A stretch of DNA of 63,841 nucleotides, filler included, from Caldilineae bacterium (GCA_037446815.1; 4 parts of 4 records of this genome joined end to end with filler, not necessarily neighbours in it), one strand, 5' to 3'. Shown: positions 50,809-61,424, counted from the whole stretch's first letter. Notes: generated by a model not told the origin, from the letters alone. Made by a program: numbers and translations.

Positions 50809-51783
50809 CTATGCTCCTACAAACTCGGCCTGGCGGAGAAGTCGCCTGGTGTTAGCAAGCGCCTCCTCCAAGTACGGAAGGTAGCGCGGGCGCAGTTCCA
50901 GGACGAGAAGCCCGTCGTAGTCTGCATCGCGCAGGGCGGAGAGGACTCCATCCAGGGGTATGCGGCCCCATCCGGGCGGCAGGTGGTTGTCGGCCTCGCC
51001 GAAGACCAGCCGCTCGCCCAGGGACTCGTCCACGTCGTCTATGCGCCCGAAGTTGTCGTGGAAGTGCAGGTGGTTCACCCAGCGGGCACAGGTGCGTATC
51101 CCCGCGAGGTAGTCGGTGTCTGGCCAATAGGGAGCGGCAAGGAATGCGTGGCCGACATCCAGGCAAATGCCCACGTTGGGGAGATTGATCGCCTCCATCT
51201 GGCGGGCGAGGAAGTCCAGCCGCATGCCCTGGTGGTAGCGCACCAGGTCGGACGGGGGCTTGCCATGCATACCCAGGGCCGAGATTTCCCACAGGTGGGG
51301 GTCTCGGTTCTCCACGGAGATGATAAGCCCCATGTCGGCGGCGCGGCGGCCTACGGCGATGAGCGCCTCCGTCTCCCGCTCCCACATGGCGCGGAGCTCG
51401 GCGTCCGACGGGAGCGGGGCAAGGTGGCGGTAGGGGTCTTTCAGCGCGATCTGGGCGCTGTGGTAGACGATGCGACTGGCGCCCAGGGTCTCGGCCAGGC
51501 GCAGCATGGATTCCATGACTTGGCTGTGCCTGTCGTCGCGAATCAAGTTGAGGGCGTTGGGGCTGTGAAGGGTTACGGCGAGCCCGTGCTCGCGCAGCAG
51601 TTGGCGGACGCGAATTGCCTCGTCTTCCACGAACACGCCGCCGCGTATGGCGTTCAGGCCCGGCACGGAGATTTCCACGCTGTCAAAACCGGCGGTTTTG
51701 TACCTCTCAAGCAGGGCTTTCAGGGTTGACGGGTTCCCGTCCACATATTCGTGATCGGCGTTGATCCCGATTGCGTGAATCAC
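50809..51783 (-). CDS. sugar-phosphate isomerase/epimerase-like TIM barrel
   Basis: SVEN, CLDVGHA, HLHFHDN, HLPPGWG, LVLE; GTG start after AAGGAG; promoter TTGACA-16-TAGAAT at 51824-51851. Confidence 0.82.
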   Translation of the reverse strand: MIHAIGINADHEYVDGNPSTLKALLERYKTAGFDSVEISVPGLNAIRGGVFVEDEAIRVRQLLREHGLAVTLHSPNALNLIRDDRHSQVMESMLRLAETLGASRIVYHSAQIALKDPYRHLAPLPSDAELRAMWERETEALIAVGRRAADMGLIISVENRDPHLWEISALGMHGKPPSDLVRYHQGMRLDFLARQMEAINLPNVGICLDVGHAFLAAPYWPDTDYLAGIRTCARWVNHLHFHDNFGRIDDVDESLGERLVFGEADNHLPPGWGRIPLDGVLSALRDADYDGLLVLELRPRYLPYLEEALANTRRLLRQAEFVGA

Positions 51784-51990
51784 GTTGTGTCTCCTTCTGG
51801 GATGAGAGTGAGATGCCTTGCGCATTCTAGGCGCGCGGGCGCGCGTGTCAAATTGCGAGATATGTCCTTGCGTAGGCGCGAGATTCTTCGCGGCTTCGCC
51901 GCTCAGAATGACGGCTGCAAACCGCGAATAACGCGAATGCACGCGAATAGGGGAACGGTATCCACGGATAGCGCGGATTGCGCGGGTAGG

Positions 51991-52090
51991 NNNNNNNNNN
52001 NNNNNNNNNNNNNNNNNNNNNNNNNNNNNNNNNNTTAATTAATTAANNNNNNNNNNNNNNNNNNNNNNNNNNNNNNNNNNNNNNNNNNNN
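51991..52090. other. artificial contig junction
   Basis: N44-TTAATTAATTAA-N44. Confidence 0.97.
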
Positions 52091-52260
52091 AAGGGTCTCG
52101 GGTTGCGAGATTCTTCGCCGCTTCGCGGCTCAGAATGACAGATTGCGGCGGGCGCGGGAGCGGGGCCTGGCCCTGTCGCCCTGAGCGAAGCGAAGGGTCT
52201 CGGGTTGCGAGATTCTTCGCCGCTTCGCGGCTCAGAATGACAGTTTGCGGCGGGCGCGGG
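52091..52260. repeat. two near-identical 68-bp REP-like units
   Basis: AAGGGTCTCGGGTTGCGAGATTCTTCGCCGCTTCGCGGCTCAGAATGACAG... at 52091 and 52193; related copy on the opposite strand near 34620-34680. Confidence 0.85.
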
Positions 52261-52301
52261 GCCGTGTGGGATAATGTGGGAAATCTGTGGGATAACGAGG
52301 G

Positions 52302-53702
52302 TTATTTCAGGATGTAGTACGTGGCGCGCTTCTCGCCGATTTTCAGCAGCAGCCCCTTGTCCACCAAATCGGCCAAATCGCGGCGGATGGTCTCGGGGCT
52401 GACGTCGGGGGACAGTTCCTGGAATTCGCGATTGGTGATGCGGCCGTTCTCGGCGATGTACTCCAGGGCCTGCTGCTGGCGCGGGTTCAGGTTGAGCAGT
52501 TGCCACCTGCGGGCGTCGGGGCGCGTGGCCACGAATCGCCCTGCCGGGCCGCGCAGGGTTACCTTGAACCCGTTGGCCGTCTCCTGGAACTCCGGCGCGG
52601 GCAGCCCCCGCTCGGTCATCAGGCGGATCATGCGGTCTATGCCGTAGCCCAGCCGCTCTATGAACCCCAGGTCCGAGAGCACCTGCACGATGACTTCGTT
52701 GCGGGAGAATCGCTCGTCCACGATGTTCTGAACCGTAACATGGCCGGGGAGGCGGCCGGGGCTGTAGAACTCAATGCGGTCGCTGAACATGGCGATGCGG
52801 ATGCTGTCGCCGCGGATGCTGTAGTCGCGATGGGCCACGGCGTTGACGATGGCCTCGCGCACGGCCTTGATCGGGTATTCGGTCTCCTCGTCGCGCGTCA
52901 GACCGTTTATGCGCACGCCGCGCCGCATGTGGCTGACGAGGAAGGCTTCGGCGCGACGAATCTGCTCGGGCAGCGTGTCGCGGATGTCCTCGCGCACGAA
53001 TTCGTCATCCATGGCATCGCCCAGGTAGCGCACGACGACGATCTCGCTGCTGCGGCAGAAGCGCTCCGGGTGCTTGCCGAACAGCAGGATGCCCGCATAG
53101 GTCGGGGCGAGGACGCCGTCACGCTCGGCCAGGCAACCGCGCAGGAGCAGGACCTGTTCCGCAGTATCGGCGACAAGGCCCTGGAGCGCGGCCAGGTATC
53201 GCGCAACCTTGGCCGGGTCCAGGTCTTCCATGCGAGCGTTGGGCGGGGTCTGGGACTCAAATCCCACCTCGCCGCGTTCCAGCATGAGATGGCGCACTTC
53301 GCGCGGGCCAAGGACTTGGTTCTTGGCGCCGACGCGGGCGTAGAACTTCCCCTGCACCGCGTAGGCGCGGGACAGGCCGCCGGGGACGTGGACGACGAGG
53401 GCCGGGCCGACGGTCGTGTCCATCACGCGGGGCACCGGCAGGACAAGCGGCGGGTCGCATAGGAGCAGGGCCTCGCGCACGGCCTGGCGGGCGGCCTCCG
53501 CCTGCGTCTCGGCGTCGGGCGCGTCGGGGAGTTGCAAGGCGACTACGCCGCCCTTGGCGTTGGCGAAGGCGACCAGGCACTCCGCCAGTTTTCGGGGCGG
53601 GGCGTTCGCGGGCAGGATTTGCACAGACGCCCCGCGCCCCTCGGCCAGCAGGCCCTCCAGATCGTCGTCAAGGCCCGAGCCAAGGCCGTCGTCAGGGTTC
53701 AA
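52302..53702 (-). CDS. Schlafen/AlbA_2-like + HATPase_c_4 + HTH protein
   Basis: VAFANAKGG, EYPIKAVREAIVNAVAHRDY, SPGRL, SRNEVI, IERLGYGI, C-terminal ETIRRDLADL. Confidence 0.85.
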   Translation of the reverse strand: MNPDDGLGSGLDDDLEGLLAEGRGASVQILPANAPPRKLAECLVAFANAKGGVVALQLPDAPDAETQAEAARQAVREALLLCDPPLVLPVPRVMDTTVGPALVVHVPGGLSRAYAVQGKFYARVGAKNQVLGPREVRHLMLERGEVGFESQTPPNARMEDLDPAKVARYLAALQGLVADTAEQVLLLRGCLAERDGVLAPTYAGILLFGKHPERFCRSSEIVVVRYLGDAMDDEFVREDIRDTLPEQIRRAEAFLVSHMRRGVRINGLTRDEETEYPIKAVREAIVNAVAHRDYSIRGDSIRIAMFSDRIEFYSPGRLPGHVTVQNIVDERFSRNEVIVQVLSDLGFIERLGYGIDRMIRLMTERGLPAPEFQETANGFKVTLRGPAGRFVATRPDARRWQLLNLNPRQQQALEYIAENGRITNREFQELSPDVSPETIRRDLADLVDKGLLLKIGEKRATYYILK

Positions 53703-54891
53703 CGTGGTCCAGCCTCCAGTTCCCTTTCTCGCGAATCACAAACCAGTTGACCGAGTGCATGCGCTTCTCTTGCTTGGGGTCGTTCTTGAGCGTGTACAGG
53801 AACTCCACGTGGACGATGGCGCCGAAATAGGTGTTGCCGCTAACGTCCACGTAGGGGATATTCTCGGCCTGGGGCGTGTAGGCCAGGGCCTGAACCAGGA
53901 TGCGCTCTATGCGGCCGGGCATGACGGGCAGACCGTAGGCGTGGATGTTCTGCGTCTGGGCGGCGAGTTTCACCCGCTCCCGCGCCGATGTACTCATGAG
54001 CGGGAGGAAGTCGCCGTTGGGCATGCGCTTGTAGTAGGCGAGGACGACCTTCTCGGGGTATTCGGATTCTGCGACGTTCTCCGGCTCCCTGAAGGCGAAA
54101 TCTATCCAGGCCTCGCGGTAGGGAAGCAGGGCCTTCTCTTGAGCGTCCAGGTAGGTGTCGCGGGCAGCGTCGTAATCGTACGCTTCCTTGCGCGCCAACT
54201 GCGAGCGGTCGTACAAGCGGTGGGTTACGACGACGCGGTTGTTCTCGTCGGGCATGAAGACGGCGTCGCCTCTGAACGTCCCGATGCAGCGGTACACGGG
54301 CGGGTAGTCGCGTGGGTCGGCCCACTCCGGCGCCTTGCGCGATGGCTCGTAGCGGAAAAGGGACAGTTCCTCGGGCGGGCCTGCGCCGTGCACCAGGATT
54401 TCGGGCCGGCCGGTCGTGTCGCCCTTGACGTAGTCGCCCATGTCCACGGTGGCCTGTACCCAATCCAATTCCGCGGCGTAGTCTCGGTCGGGCAAGCGCA
54501 GGAGATACGGGTACAGGACAGGCGGGGTGCCTCGGTCATTGTCGTAGATGGCCACGCCGATAGGGCTGCGCTGCCGCGTGAGGTCGTACTGGTACTTGAC
54601 CACCCACTCCTTGAATCCGTCTCCGTCCGTATCCAAGCGCTGCACGCCACGATTGCGCTGGTGCGCTTGCATGACTCCTTGGGGCATGATGTCGGGCAGG
54701 GCCACCCAGCGGTCCAGCACAATCCACTTGGCCACGGGCTCCCGCCACTTCCAGGTATCCAATTGGGTGTAGCGCTGGTAGCCAAGGTAGATAAGCAGCA
54801 GGAGCAGGTTGATAAGAATCCAGCCGAAACACCCTGCTCTGAGAGTCTTTACAGTTGTAGATACCTGTACGGACGCCTTAGCAGTAGTCAT
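53692..54891 (-). CDS. hypothetical single-TM-anchored extracellular protein
   Basis: N-terminal TM; DTDGDGFKE and DTTGRPEIL FG-GAP-like loops; overlaps next gene, co-oriented with lon. Confidence 0.75.
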   Translation of the reverse strand: MTTAKASVQVSTTVKTLRAGCFGWILINLLLLLIYLGYQRYTQLDTWKWREPVAKWIVLDRWVALPDIMPQGVMQAHQRNRGVQRLDTDGDGFKEWVVKYQYDLTRQRSPIGVAIYDNDRGTPPVLYPYLLRLPDRDYAAELDWVQATVDMGDYVKGDTTGRPEILVHGAGPPEELSLFRYEPSRKAPEWADPRDYPPVYRCIGTFRGDAVFMPDENNRVVVTHRLYDRSQLARKEAYDYDAARDTYLDAQEKALLPYREAWIDFAFREPENVAESEYPEKVVLAYYKRMPNGDFLPLMSTSARERVKLAAQTQNIHAYGLPVMPGRIERILVQALAYTPQAENIPYVDVSGNTYFGAIVHVEFLYTLKNDPKQEKRMHSVNWFVIREKGNWRLDHVEP

Positions 54892-54914
54892 GTCTTGTCC
54901 CCTTAATGCTGCCC

Positions 54915-57362
54915 TTAGCCGAGCGCCGAGGCGCTTGTTACTGCCTTCTTGCGCGCGCGCCGCTTGGGCGTAGCCTCAGGCGCGGCAGACTGCGCCAGGG
55001 CGGTGCTCAGCACCTGCTCCATGCGGTCCACGAATACGAAGGTCATGTCGCGGCGCACCTTGGCGGGCAGTTCCACCAGGTCCTTCTGGTTCTTCTTGGG
55101 CAGGATGAAGGTGTAGATGCGGGCGCGATGGGCCGCGAGGATTTTCTCCCGCAGGCCGCCGACGGGCAGGACGCGCCCGCGCAGGGTGATCTCGCCGGTC
55201 ATGGCCACGTCGCGCCGCACGGGCCGCTCGGACAGGGCCGAGATGAGCGCCGTGGCGATGGTAACGCCCGCCGACGGGCCGTCCTTGGGCACGGCCCCTT
55301 CCGGCACGTGCACGTGGATGTCTATCTTGTCAAAGTCGCGGGTCTTGAGGCCCAGGTCGGCGGCGTGGGAGCGGGCGTAACTGAGCGCCGCCTGGGCCGA
55401 TTCCTGCATGATCTCGCCCAACTGGCCGGTGAGGTTCAGCGAACCCTTCCCTTCCATGAGCGTTACTTCCACGGTCATGATGTCGCCGCCGGTCTCGGTG
55501 TAGGCGACGCCGGTGGCCACGCCGATTTCGTCTTTCTCCTCGGCCTCGCCGTAGGAGAACTCGGGCGGGCCCAGGTACTTGTGCAGCATTCCGGCGGTGA
55601 TGCGGGCGGGCACGCGCTTGCCCTCGGCCTTGGCCCGCGCCAGTTTGCGGCAGATGTTGGCGATGGCCCGCTCCAGGTTGCGGACGCCCGCCTCGTAGGT
55701 GTACTCGCGGATGATGTGGCGAATGGCCTCCGCGCTGAAGGTGGGCGGCGAATCCGACAGGCCGTGCTCCTCTATCTGCTCGGGAATCAGGAACCGACGG
55801 GCGATCTCCAGTTTCTCCTCTTCAATGTACCCTGGGAACTCTATGACCTCCATGCGGTCGCGCAGGGCGGGCGCGATGGGGTCCAGGAAGTTCGCCGTGG
55901 TGATGAACAGCACCTTGGACAGGTCATAGGGCACTTCCAGGTAGTGATCCGAGAAGGCGTGGTTCTGCTCGGGGTCCAGCACCTCCAGCAGGGCCGACGT
56001 GGGATCGCCGCGGAAGTCCATGCCGACCTTGTCTATCTCGTCCAGCATGAAGAGCGGGTTGACGGTTCCGGCGCGGCGCATGGTCTGGATGATGCGGCCG
56101 GGGAGGGCGCCAACGTAGGTGCGGCGGTGGCCACGGATTTCGGCCTCGTCGCGGATGCCGCCCAGGCTGACGCGCACGAACTTGCGCCCCAGCGCCTCGG
56201 CGATGGACTGCCCGAGGGAGGTCTTGCCCGTTCCCGGCGGGCCGGCGAAGCACAGGATGGGGCTACGCATCTTGCTGCCGGCCAACTTGCGCACGGCGAT
56301 GTACTCCAGGATGCGCTCCTTTGCCTTCTTCAGCCCGTAGTGGCGCGACTCCAGAATGCGCGCCGCGTTCTCCACGTCCAGGTTATCCTCGGTCTGCGTG
56401 GACCATGGCAGTTCCACGAGCCAGTCCAGGTAGGTGCGGATGACCGTGGTCTCGGGCGACATGGGTGGCATCTCGGCCAGGCGCTGGAGTTCCTTCTCGG
56501 CCCGCGCTCGGACTTCCTCGGGCATGCCCGCCGCGGCGATCTTCTCGCGCAGTTCGGCAATCTCCATCGTCTGGGTGTCGGCCTCGCCCAGTTCCTGCTG
56601 GATGGCCTTGATCTGTTCCCGCAGGAAGTACTCGCGCTGGGAGCGATCCACTTCCTTCTGCACTTGGGAATGGATGCGGTTCTCCAGTTCCAGAACGTCC
56701 AGTTCCTTGGCGAGGATGATGCTGAGTTTCTGGAGGCGCGTGTTCGGGTCTGACGTTTCCAGCAGTTCCTGGCGCTGGGCCACGGAGATGTTGAGGATAG
56801 ACGCCACCAGGTCGGCCAGCCAGCCCGGCTCGCTCACATTCATGGCCGCGACGTAGGCGTCCTCGGGCAGCGAATGGTTCAGTTGCACGATCTTCTCAAA
56901 CAGCGCCAACACGGCCCGCATAAGCGCCTCGGAGGAGATGGTCTTCTCGCTCGGCTCGTAGATGGGGGCCACGCGGACGCGGAGATACGGCTCGGTCTGG
57001 GTGTATTCCACGATGCGGATGCGGCGCTGGCCCTGGCACAGGATGCTGGTGGTGCCATCGGGCATGCGGAGCGTGCGGCCGATGAGCACCTCCGTCCCAA
57101 CCGTGTACAGGTCCCTGGGCAGGGGGTCAATGATCTCCATGTCCTTCTGGGCCACGACGACCAGCGCGCCGTCGGTGGCAGTTGCGGCCTCCACGGCCTT
57201 CAGGGAGCGGTCTCGCCCCACGAAGAGCGGCGTAACCATGCGCGGGTAGAGGACCGTGTCCCGCACCGGCAGCACGGGATAGTCCCGCTCCTCGTCGGCG
57301 TCGCTCTCCGCCGCCCGTAGCGGGTTCATGTCGTCAAATATATCTTGGTATTCCGTAGACAA
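54915..57362 (-). CDS. lon: ATP-dependent protease La
   Basis: LON N domain, [22 protein letters not shown] catalytic Ser, GGLREK; likely TTG start at 57362 after GGAGG. Confidence 0.96.
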   Translation of the reverse strand: MSTEYQDIFDDMNPLRAAESDADEERDYPVLPVRDTVLYPRMVTPLFVGRDRSLKAVEAATATDGALVVVAQKDMEIIDPLPRDLYTVGTEVLIGRTLRMPDGTTSILCQGQRRIRIVEYTQTEPYLRVRVAPIYEPSEKTISSEALMRAVLALFEKIVQLNHSLPEDAYVAAMNVSEPGWLADLVASILNISVAQRQELLETSDPNTRLQKLSIILAKELDVLELENRIHSQVQKEVDRSQREYFLREQIKAIQQELGEADTQTMEIAELREKIAAAGMPEEVRARAEKELQRLAEMPPMSPETTVIRTYLDWLVELPWSTQTEDNLDVENAARILESRHYGLKKAKERILEYIAVRKLAGSKMRSPILCFAGPPGTGKTSLGQSIAEALGRKFVRVSLGGIRDEAEIRGHRRTYVGALPGRIIQTMRRAGTVNPLFMLDEIDKVGMDFRGDPTSALLEVLDPEQNHAFSDHYLEVPYDLSKVLFITTANFLDPIAPALRDRMEVIEFPGYIEEEKLEIARRFLIPEQIEEHGLSDSPPTFSAEAIRHIIREYTYEAGVRNLERAIANICRKLARAKAEGKRVPARITAGMLHKYLGPPEFSYGEAEEKDEIGVATGVAYTETGGDIMTVEVTLMEGKGSLNLTGQLGEIMQESAQAALSYARSHAADLGLKTRDFDKIDIHVHVPEGAVPKDGPSAGVTIATALISALSERPVRRDVAMTGEITLRGRVLPVGGLREKILAAHRARIYTFILPKKNQKDLVELPAKVRRDMTFVFVDRMEQVLSTALAQSAAPEATPKRRARKKAVTSASALG

Positions 57363-57459
57363 GGGGCTTCCTCCGCTGGATGAATACGCGCCTGCCCGCG
57401 GGGCGCGCACCGATATTGTACACGAAATCGCGGCAGAAGTAAATCAAGTAAGCCCAATG

Positions 57460-57725
57460 TTTCGGTTTCAAAGTCTGTTGGCATCTACCGTCATTCTGAG
57501 CGGCGGAGAGCGAAGAATGACGGTTCTTGGAACCGCGAATAACACGAATCCACGCGAACAGGTAACGTGCGACGCACCTCCGAGGTGCGTCGCACGTTTC
57601 GGGGACTCGGTTCCAAACCGTGTTGGTGAACCGTAGGCGCACTCTCCTCGTGTGTCATTGCGAGCGAAGCGAAGCAAACCCGCGCCCTCGCAATGACAAG
57701 TACCAACGGGCTTTGGAACCGAATC
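57460..57725. repeat. mosaic with two MITE-like copies (57461-57534 variant; 57607-57722 internally deleted) and a 35-bp palindrome (57564-57598)
   Basis: GGTT(C/T)CAAA.....GTTGG and TGGAACCG ends; GTGCGACGCACCTC-C-GAGGTGCGTCGCAC. Confidence 0.75.
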
Positions 57726-57807
57726 CCCACGCTGCAGGCGTTGCGGGGCGGCGCGAAGTATGCTATACTAGGACAGGTTTCCGCTGGGTTGTCAGGAGGT
57801 GGGTCAG

Positions 57808-58503
57808 GTGAGCACGTTGCGCGTGATGATCGTGGACGACCATCCCCTGCTGCGGGGCGGTATCCGCCGCGTGCTGGAGGCGGAGAGCGACCTGGAAGTC
57901 GTGGGGGAAGCCTCGGATGGCAAAGAGGCGATCAGCATGGCGTTGGAGTTGGAGCCGGACATCGTACTGATGGACATCAACCTGCCGACGATGAACGGGC
58001 TTCAGGCGACGCGAGAACTGAAGACCCTGCGCCCGGACATTGGCGTCATTGTGTTCACGGCATACCACGACGAAACCCAGGCGCTCCATGCCATCCAGGC
58101 GGGGGCGTCGGCGTATTTTCCAAAGGATGTTACGGCGGCAGAACTGATAAGCGCGATTCGCGAGGTGAGTCAGGGCAACTACGTCATTGACGATACGGTG
58201 CTGGCGAAGCCCGAAGTGGCCAAGTGGCTCCTCAAGCAATTCCAAGGGGTATCGCCGATTCAGGCCGAGGACGCGCTGGCAGATGAACTGTTCCTGCCGC
58301 TGTCGCCGCGGGAGATGGAGATTCTCCAACTCATCGCGCGCGGGCTGAGCAACAAGGAGATCGCTAAGGAATTGCGCATCAGCCGCCAGACGGTGAAGAA
58401 TCACATGACCAGCATCCTGCGCAAGTTGGCCGTGAACGACCGCACCCAGGCCGCCATGTACGCCCTGCGGCGCGGCTGGATTCGCCTGCAGGACACCCTG
58501 TAG
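57808..58503 (+). CDS. NarL/DegU family response regulator
   Basis: VDDH, LMDINLP, FTAY, PKD; LuxR HTH LSPREMEIL...NKEIA; GTG 57808 is best spaced from AGGAGG. Confidence 0.93.
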   Translation: MSTLRVMIVDDHPLLRGGIRRVLEAESDLEVVGEASDGKEAISMALELEPDIVLMDINLPTMNGLQATRELKTLRPDIGVIVFTAYHDETQALHAIQAGASAYFPKDVTAAELISAIREVSQGNYVIDDTVLAKPEVAKWLLKQFQGVSPIQAEDALADELFLPLSPREMEILQLIARGLSNKEIAKELRISRQTVKNHMTSILRKLAVNDRTQAAMYALRRGWIRLQDTL

Positions 58504-58529
58504 GGCCAACATCGCGAGCGGGAGGGACT

Positions 58530-59576
58530 ATGGACAGAAACGCAGAGCCGATGGACATCCAAGCGTTCTTCCGCGCTTTGGAGGCAGAGCAGGAACGGCT
58601 GCAAGTGGAAATCAACGAGGTCGCCATGCTGGTACGCCAGAGCGCGGCGGAGGTGGAGCGGCTGGCCCAGCGCAATGCCCAGGTGAACACCCGCGTGCGG
58701 CAGATGGAGGCGGCCATTGACACCTACCCCAGGGACGCCATCCGCCAGTTGTATCTCGCCGCCCAGGAGTCCGAAGTCCGCCTCATCGCCATGCGCAGCC
58801 AGGTGGAGCAGTTGCAGGCGAAGCAGGAGAAGATGCAGCAGTACGCCCAACTTCTCCAACGCGTCCTTGCGCTGAAGGACTGGGCCATGCAGCAGGGGCT
58901 TCAGCCGAGGACGGCGGTCTCGGACACGGTGGCGCTATCGCGCATCATAGAAGCGCAGGAGGAGGAGCGCCAGCGCCTCGCCCGTGCCATGCACGACGGC
59001 CCGACCCAGTCGGTTACGAACTTCATCCTGCAGACGGAAATCTGCGAACGGCTGTTTGAGACGAATCCCGAGCAGGCGCGGATAGAACTGGCCAACCTGC
59101 GGAACGCGGCCAGCAGTACCTTCCAGAAGATTCGCGAGTTCATCGCCGAGTTGCGGCCGATGATGCTGGACGACCTGGGCCTGGTGTCCACGGCGCGTCG
59201 GTATCTCCAAGATGTCGGCGAGAAGTCGGGCCTGGCCATCACGTTTACGCCGACGGGCACGGGCCGCCGCCTGGCGTCGTATCTGGAGATCACGCTGTTT
59301 CGCGCCATTCAGCAGTTGGTGGCGCGGGCCAAGGATGATGCCCACGCTTCGCGGGTACAGGTGGCGCTGGACGTGGAGGGGGATGTCGCCACGCTCATCG
59401 TGGAAGACGATGGCGAGCCGTTGGACTTCCGCGATGATTCGCCCACCCAGCGCAAGCAGGCCGAGGCGCTGGAGGTGCTGCGCCGTCGCGTGGAGATGCT
59501 GGGCGGGCGGATGGATGTGTCCAGCACCAGCGGCGCCGGCACGGCGATCCACCTGCAGTTTCCCGTGGAGGCGTAG
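58530..59576 (+). CDS. cytoplasmic DegS-like HisKA_3 protein with degenerate ATPase domain
   Basis: N-terminal coiled coil, EEERQRLARAMHDGPTQ, LRPMMLDDLGL; N, G1 and G2 boxes altered. Confidence 0.88.
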   Translation: MDRNAEPMDIQAFFRALEAEQERLQVEINEVAMLVRQSAAEVERLAQRNAQVNTRVRQMEAAIDTYPRDAIRQLYLAAQESEVRLIAMRSQVEQLQAKQEKMQQYAQLLQRVLALKDWAMQQGLQPRTAVSDTVALSRIIEAQEEERQRLARAMHDGPTQSVTNFILQTEICERLFETNPEQARIELANLRNAASSTFQKIREFIAELRPMMLDDLGLVSTARRYLQDVGEKSGLAITFTPTGTGRRLASYLEITLFRAIQQLVARAKDDAHASRVQVALDVEGDVATLIVEDDGEPLDFRDDSPTQRKQAEALEVLRRRVEMLGGRMDVSSTSGAGTAIHLQFPVEA

Positions 59577-59632
59577 GGCGGCGACACGCTCGGCATCACG
59601 CATGGGCAACAAGTGCAAGCGGAGACAACAAC

Positions 59633-60349
59633 GTGAAGCAATACGAGGCGGTCCTCCTCACTTTGGAGCGGCTGGGTGGGCAGGCAACTTTGGCCCAGTT
59701 ATATCGCGAGGTCATGAAGGTGGAGGGCTGCACGTGGGGCACGAAGACTCCCTTTGCATCCATCCGCCGTATTGTGCAGACCCGCCCGGAGATCTTCAAG
59801 GTGCGCCCTGGCCTGTGGGCGCTGCGGGCGTACAAAGACAAACTGGGTCTCAGCGAGCATGGCGAGTTGAAAGAGAAGGCTGCCGACGAGCAGCACCATG
59901 CCTACTACCAGGGCATACTGATCTTGATCGGGAACATGAGGGGCCTGGCGACCTTCGTCCCGCACCAGGACAAGAACAAGCCGTTCCTCGGCAAGCGCCT
60001 CAGCGATCTGGCAACGCTCCCTGCGCTGCCGATGTTCACTTACGAGCACCTGCTTCGGTTCTGCGAGACGATTGATGTCGTGTGGCTCAATTCCAGGCGG
60101 ATGCCACACAGCCTTTTTGAGGTGGAACACTCCACAGACATGCAGAGTGCTCTCCTGAAGTTTCACGAACTGCAAGATTTCTACACCCGTATGTTCATCG
60201 TCGCGGACGAAAGGCGGCGGCGGGAGTTTGAGGATAAGAGACGCCGCAGCGCTTTTGAGGCTATTCGCGACAGAGTACAGTTCTTGGACTACGAGGCGCT
60301 CGTCCGCCTTTACGAGCGCGAGGCCACACGGACCGAGTGCGACTTCTAG
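59633..60349 (+). CDS. wHTH + PD-(D/E)XK restriction-endonuclease-like protein
   Basis: LGGQATLAQLY...KTPFASIRRIVQ; IDVVW...FEVEHSTD; GTG start after GGAG. Confidence 0.65.
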   Translation: MKQYEAVLLTLERLGGQATLAQLYREVMKVEGCTWGTKTPFASIRRIVQTRPEIFKVRPGLWALRAYKDKLGLSEHGELKEKAADEQHHAYYQGILILIGNMRGLATFVPHQDKNKPFLGKRLSDLATLPALPMFTYEHLLRFCETIDVVWLNSRRMPHSLFEVEHSTDMQSALLKFHELQDFYTRMFIVADERRRREFEDKRRRSAFEAIRDRVQFLDYEALVRLYEREATRTECDF

Positions 60350-60695
60350 CCCGCCCCTACCTCCTCGCTGCAAGCAGGTACAGTCCATGCGTCGGCGTAA
60401 CGGGCTGAAAGACATCCGCCGAGGGGGTGGGGTGGGTGGGCGCACGATGGCCCGCGCGGGGCCGACCCCCCGCGCTACGTGCCCGCAGCCCCCACGCCGC
60501 CCCTATTCGCCTGGATTCGCGTTGTTCGCGGTTACAAGCACCGTCATTACCGAGGCGCGAAGCGCCGAAGAATCTCGCATCTCTAATCGTGTCATTCGTG
60601 GGTGAAGTCCCGCAAGATTGTTTCGCTTCGTTCACAAGGGCACGCGCGGGCCGCAAGCGGAGCCTGGACTTGCGGACCGCGGGTGGCATTAGCGC

Positions 60696-60758
60696 CGCCC
60701 TTTCCGCATTGTCCAGCATATCCTGCAGGTAGTCCTGATACGCCCGACGGGGTTTCAT
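60696..60758 (-). pseudogene. truncated HEPN (DUF86/HepT-like) toxin remnant
   Basis: MKPRRAYQDYLQDMLDNAERA overlaps the MNT stop (ATGA) and then runs into repeat sequence. Confidence 0.65.
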
Positions 60759-61078
60759 ACGGGTTGGGCCTCTTCCAGAATGTGCTTCGCAATAGTGGGC
60801 TTGAGACCGTCTTTCATCACCAGGTCCACTTTGACACCCAGCGCACCGCTCAACCGGTTTTCGAGGGCCACGTACCGGAACAGGCTAGGCGGATGGTCAA
60901 AGGTAACCAATAGGTCCAGGTCGCTGTTCTCGTCTTGCTCCCCACGGACAAACGATCCGAATACTTCCAGGGTGCGCACGCCATACTGTTCTCGCAGAGA
61001 CGGAAGCAGTTCCCGAATCCTCGCCACGAGAACATCAAGGTTCTTGGTAGATTGGCTCCTTTTGAGAGTCCGCTGCAC
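60755..61078 (-). CDS. minimal nucleotidyltransferase (MntA-like antitoxin)
   Basis: VFGSFVRGEQDENSDLDLLV, LGVKVDLV. Confidence 0.92.
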   Translation of the reverse strand: MQRTLKRSQSTKNLDVLVARIRELLPSLREQYGVRTLEVFGSFVRGEQDENSDLDLLVTFDHPPSLFRYVALENRLSGALGVKVDLVMKDGLKPTIAKHILEEAQPV

Positions 61079-61424
61079 GGTCTCGGCTCCTCACGGGCAA
61101 ACTGGCAATGGCTGCGCGATTCGCCAGCGCCTGTGCTTGTACTGTATCACATCCGCGGCCCCGCGTCAAGGCTGGCCAAAGGGGATTCGGTTCCCCTCTC
61201 CGCCCAGGGGGATTGAGGGGATGAGGTTGGGCAAGAATGCTTCGCTTCGCTCCCAATGACACACGAGCAGAGTGTGCCTGCGGCTTACCAACACAAGATG
61301 AAATCGACTCCCTTACGCCCCTTACGCAACTTTCACCCGTTTTTCATGCGCTGTTCACATTTTCCACGGGCCTTCGGCCCTACAATGGGAGGCGGAAATA
61401 CCAGCGCAATTATGGGTGATTCTT

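Noticed and set aside
60357..60695. Remainder of the 133-aa ORF as a real protein
   Set aside because: Reads through palindromic repeats; only the first ~21 codons look coding.
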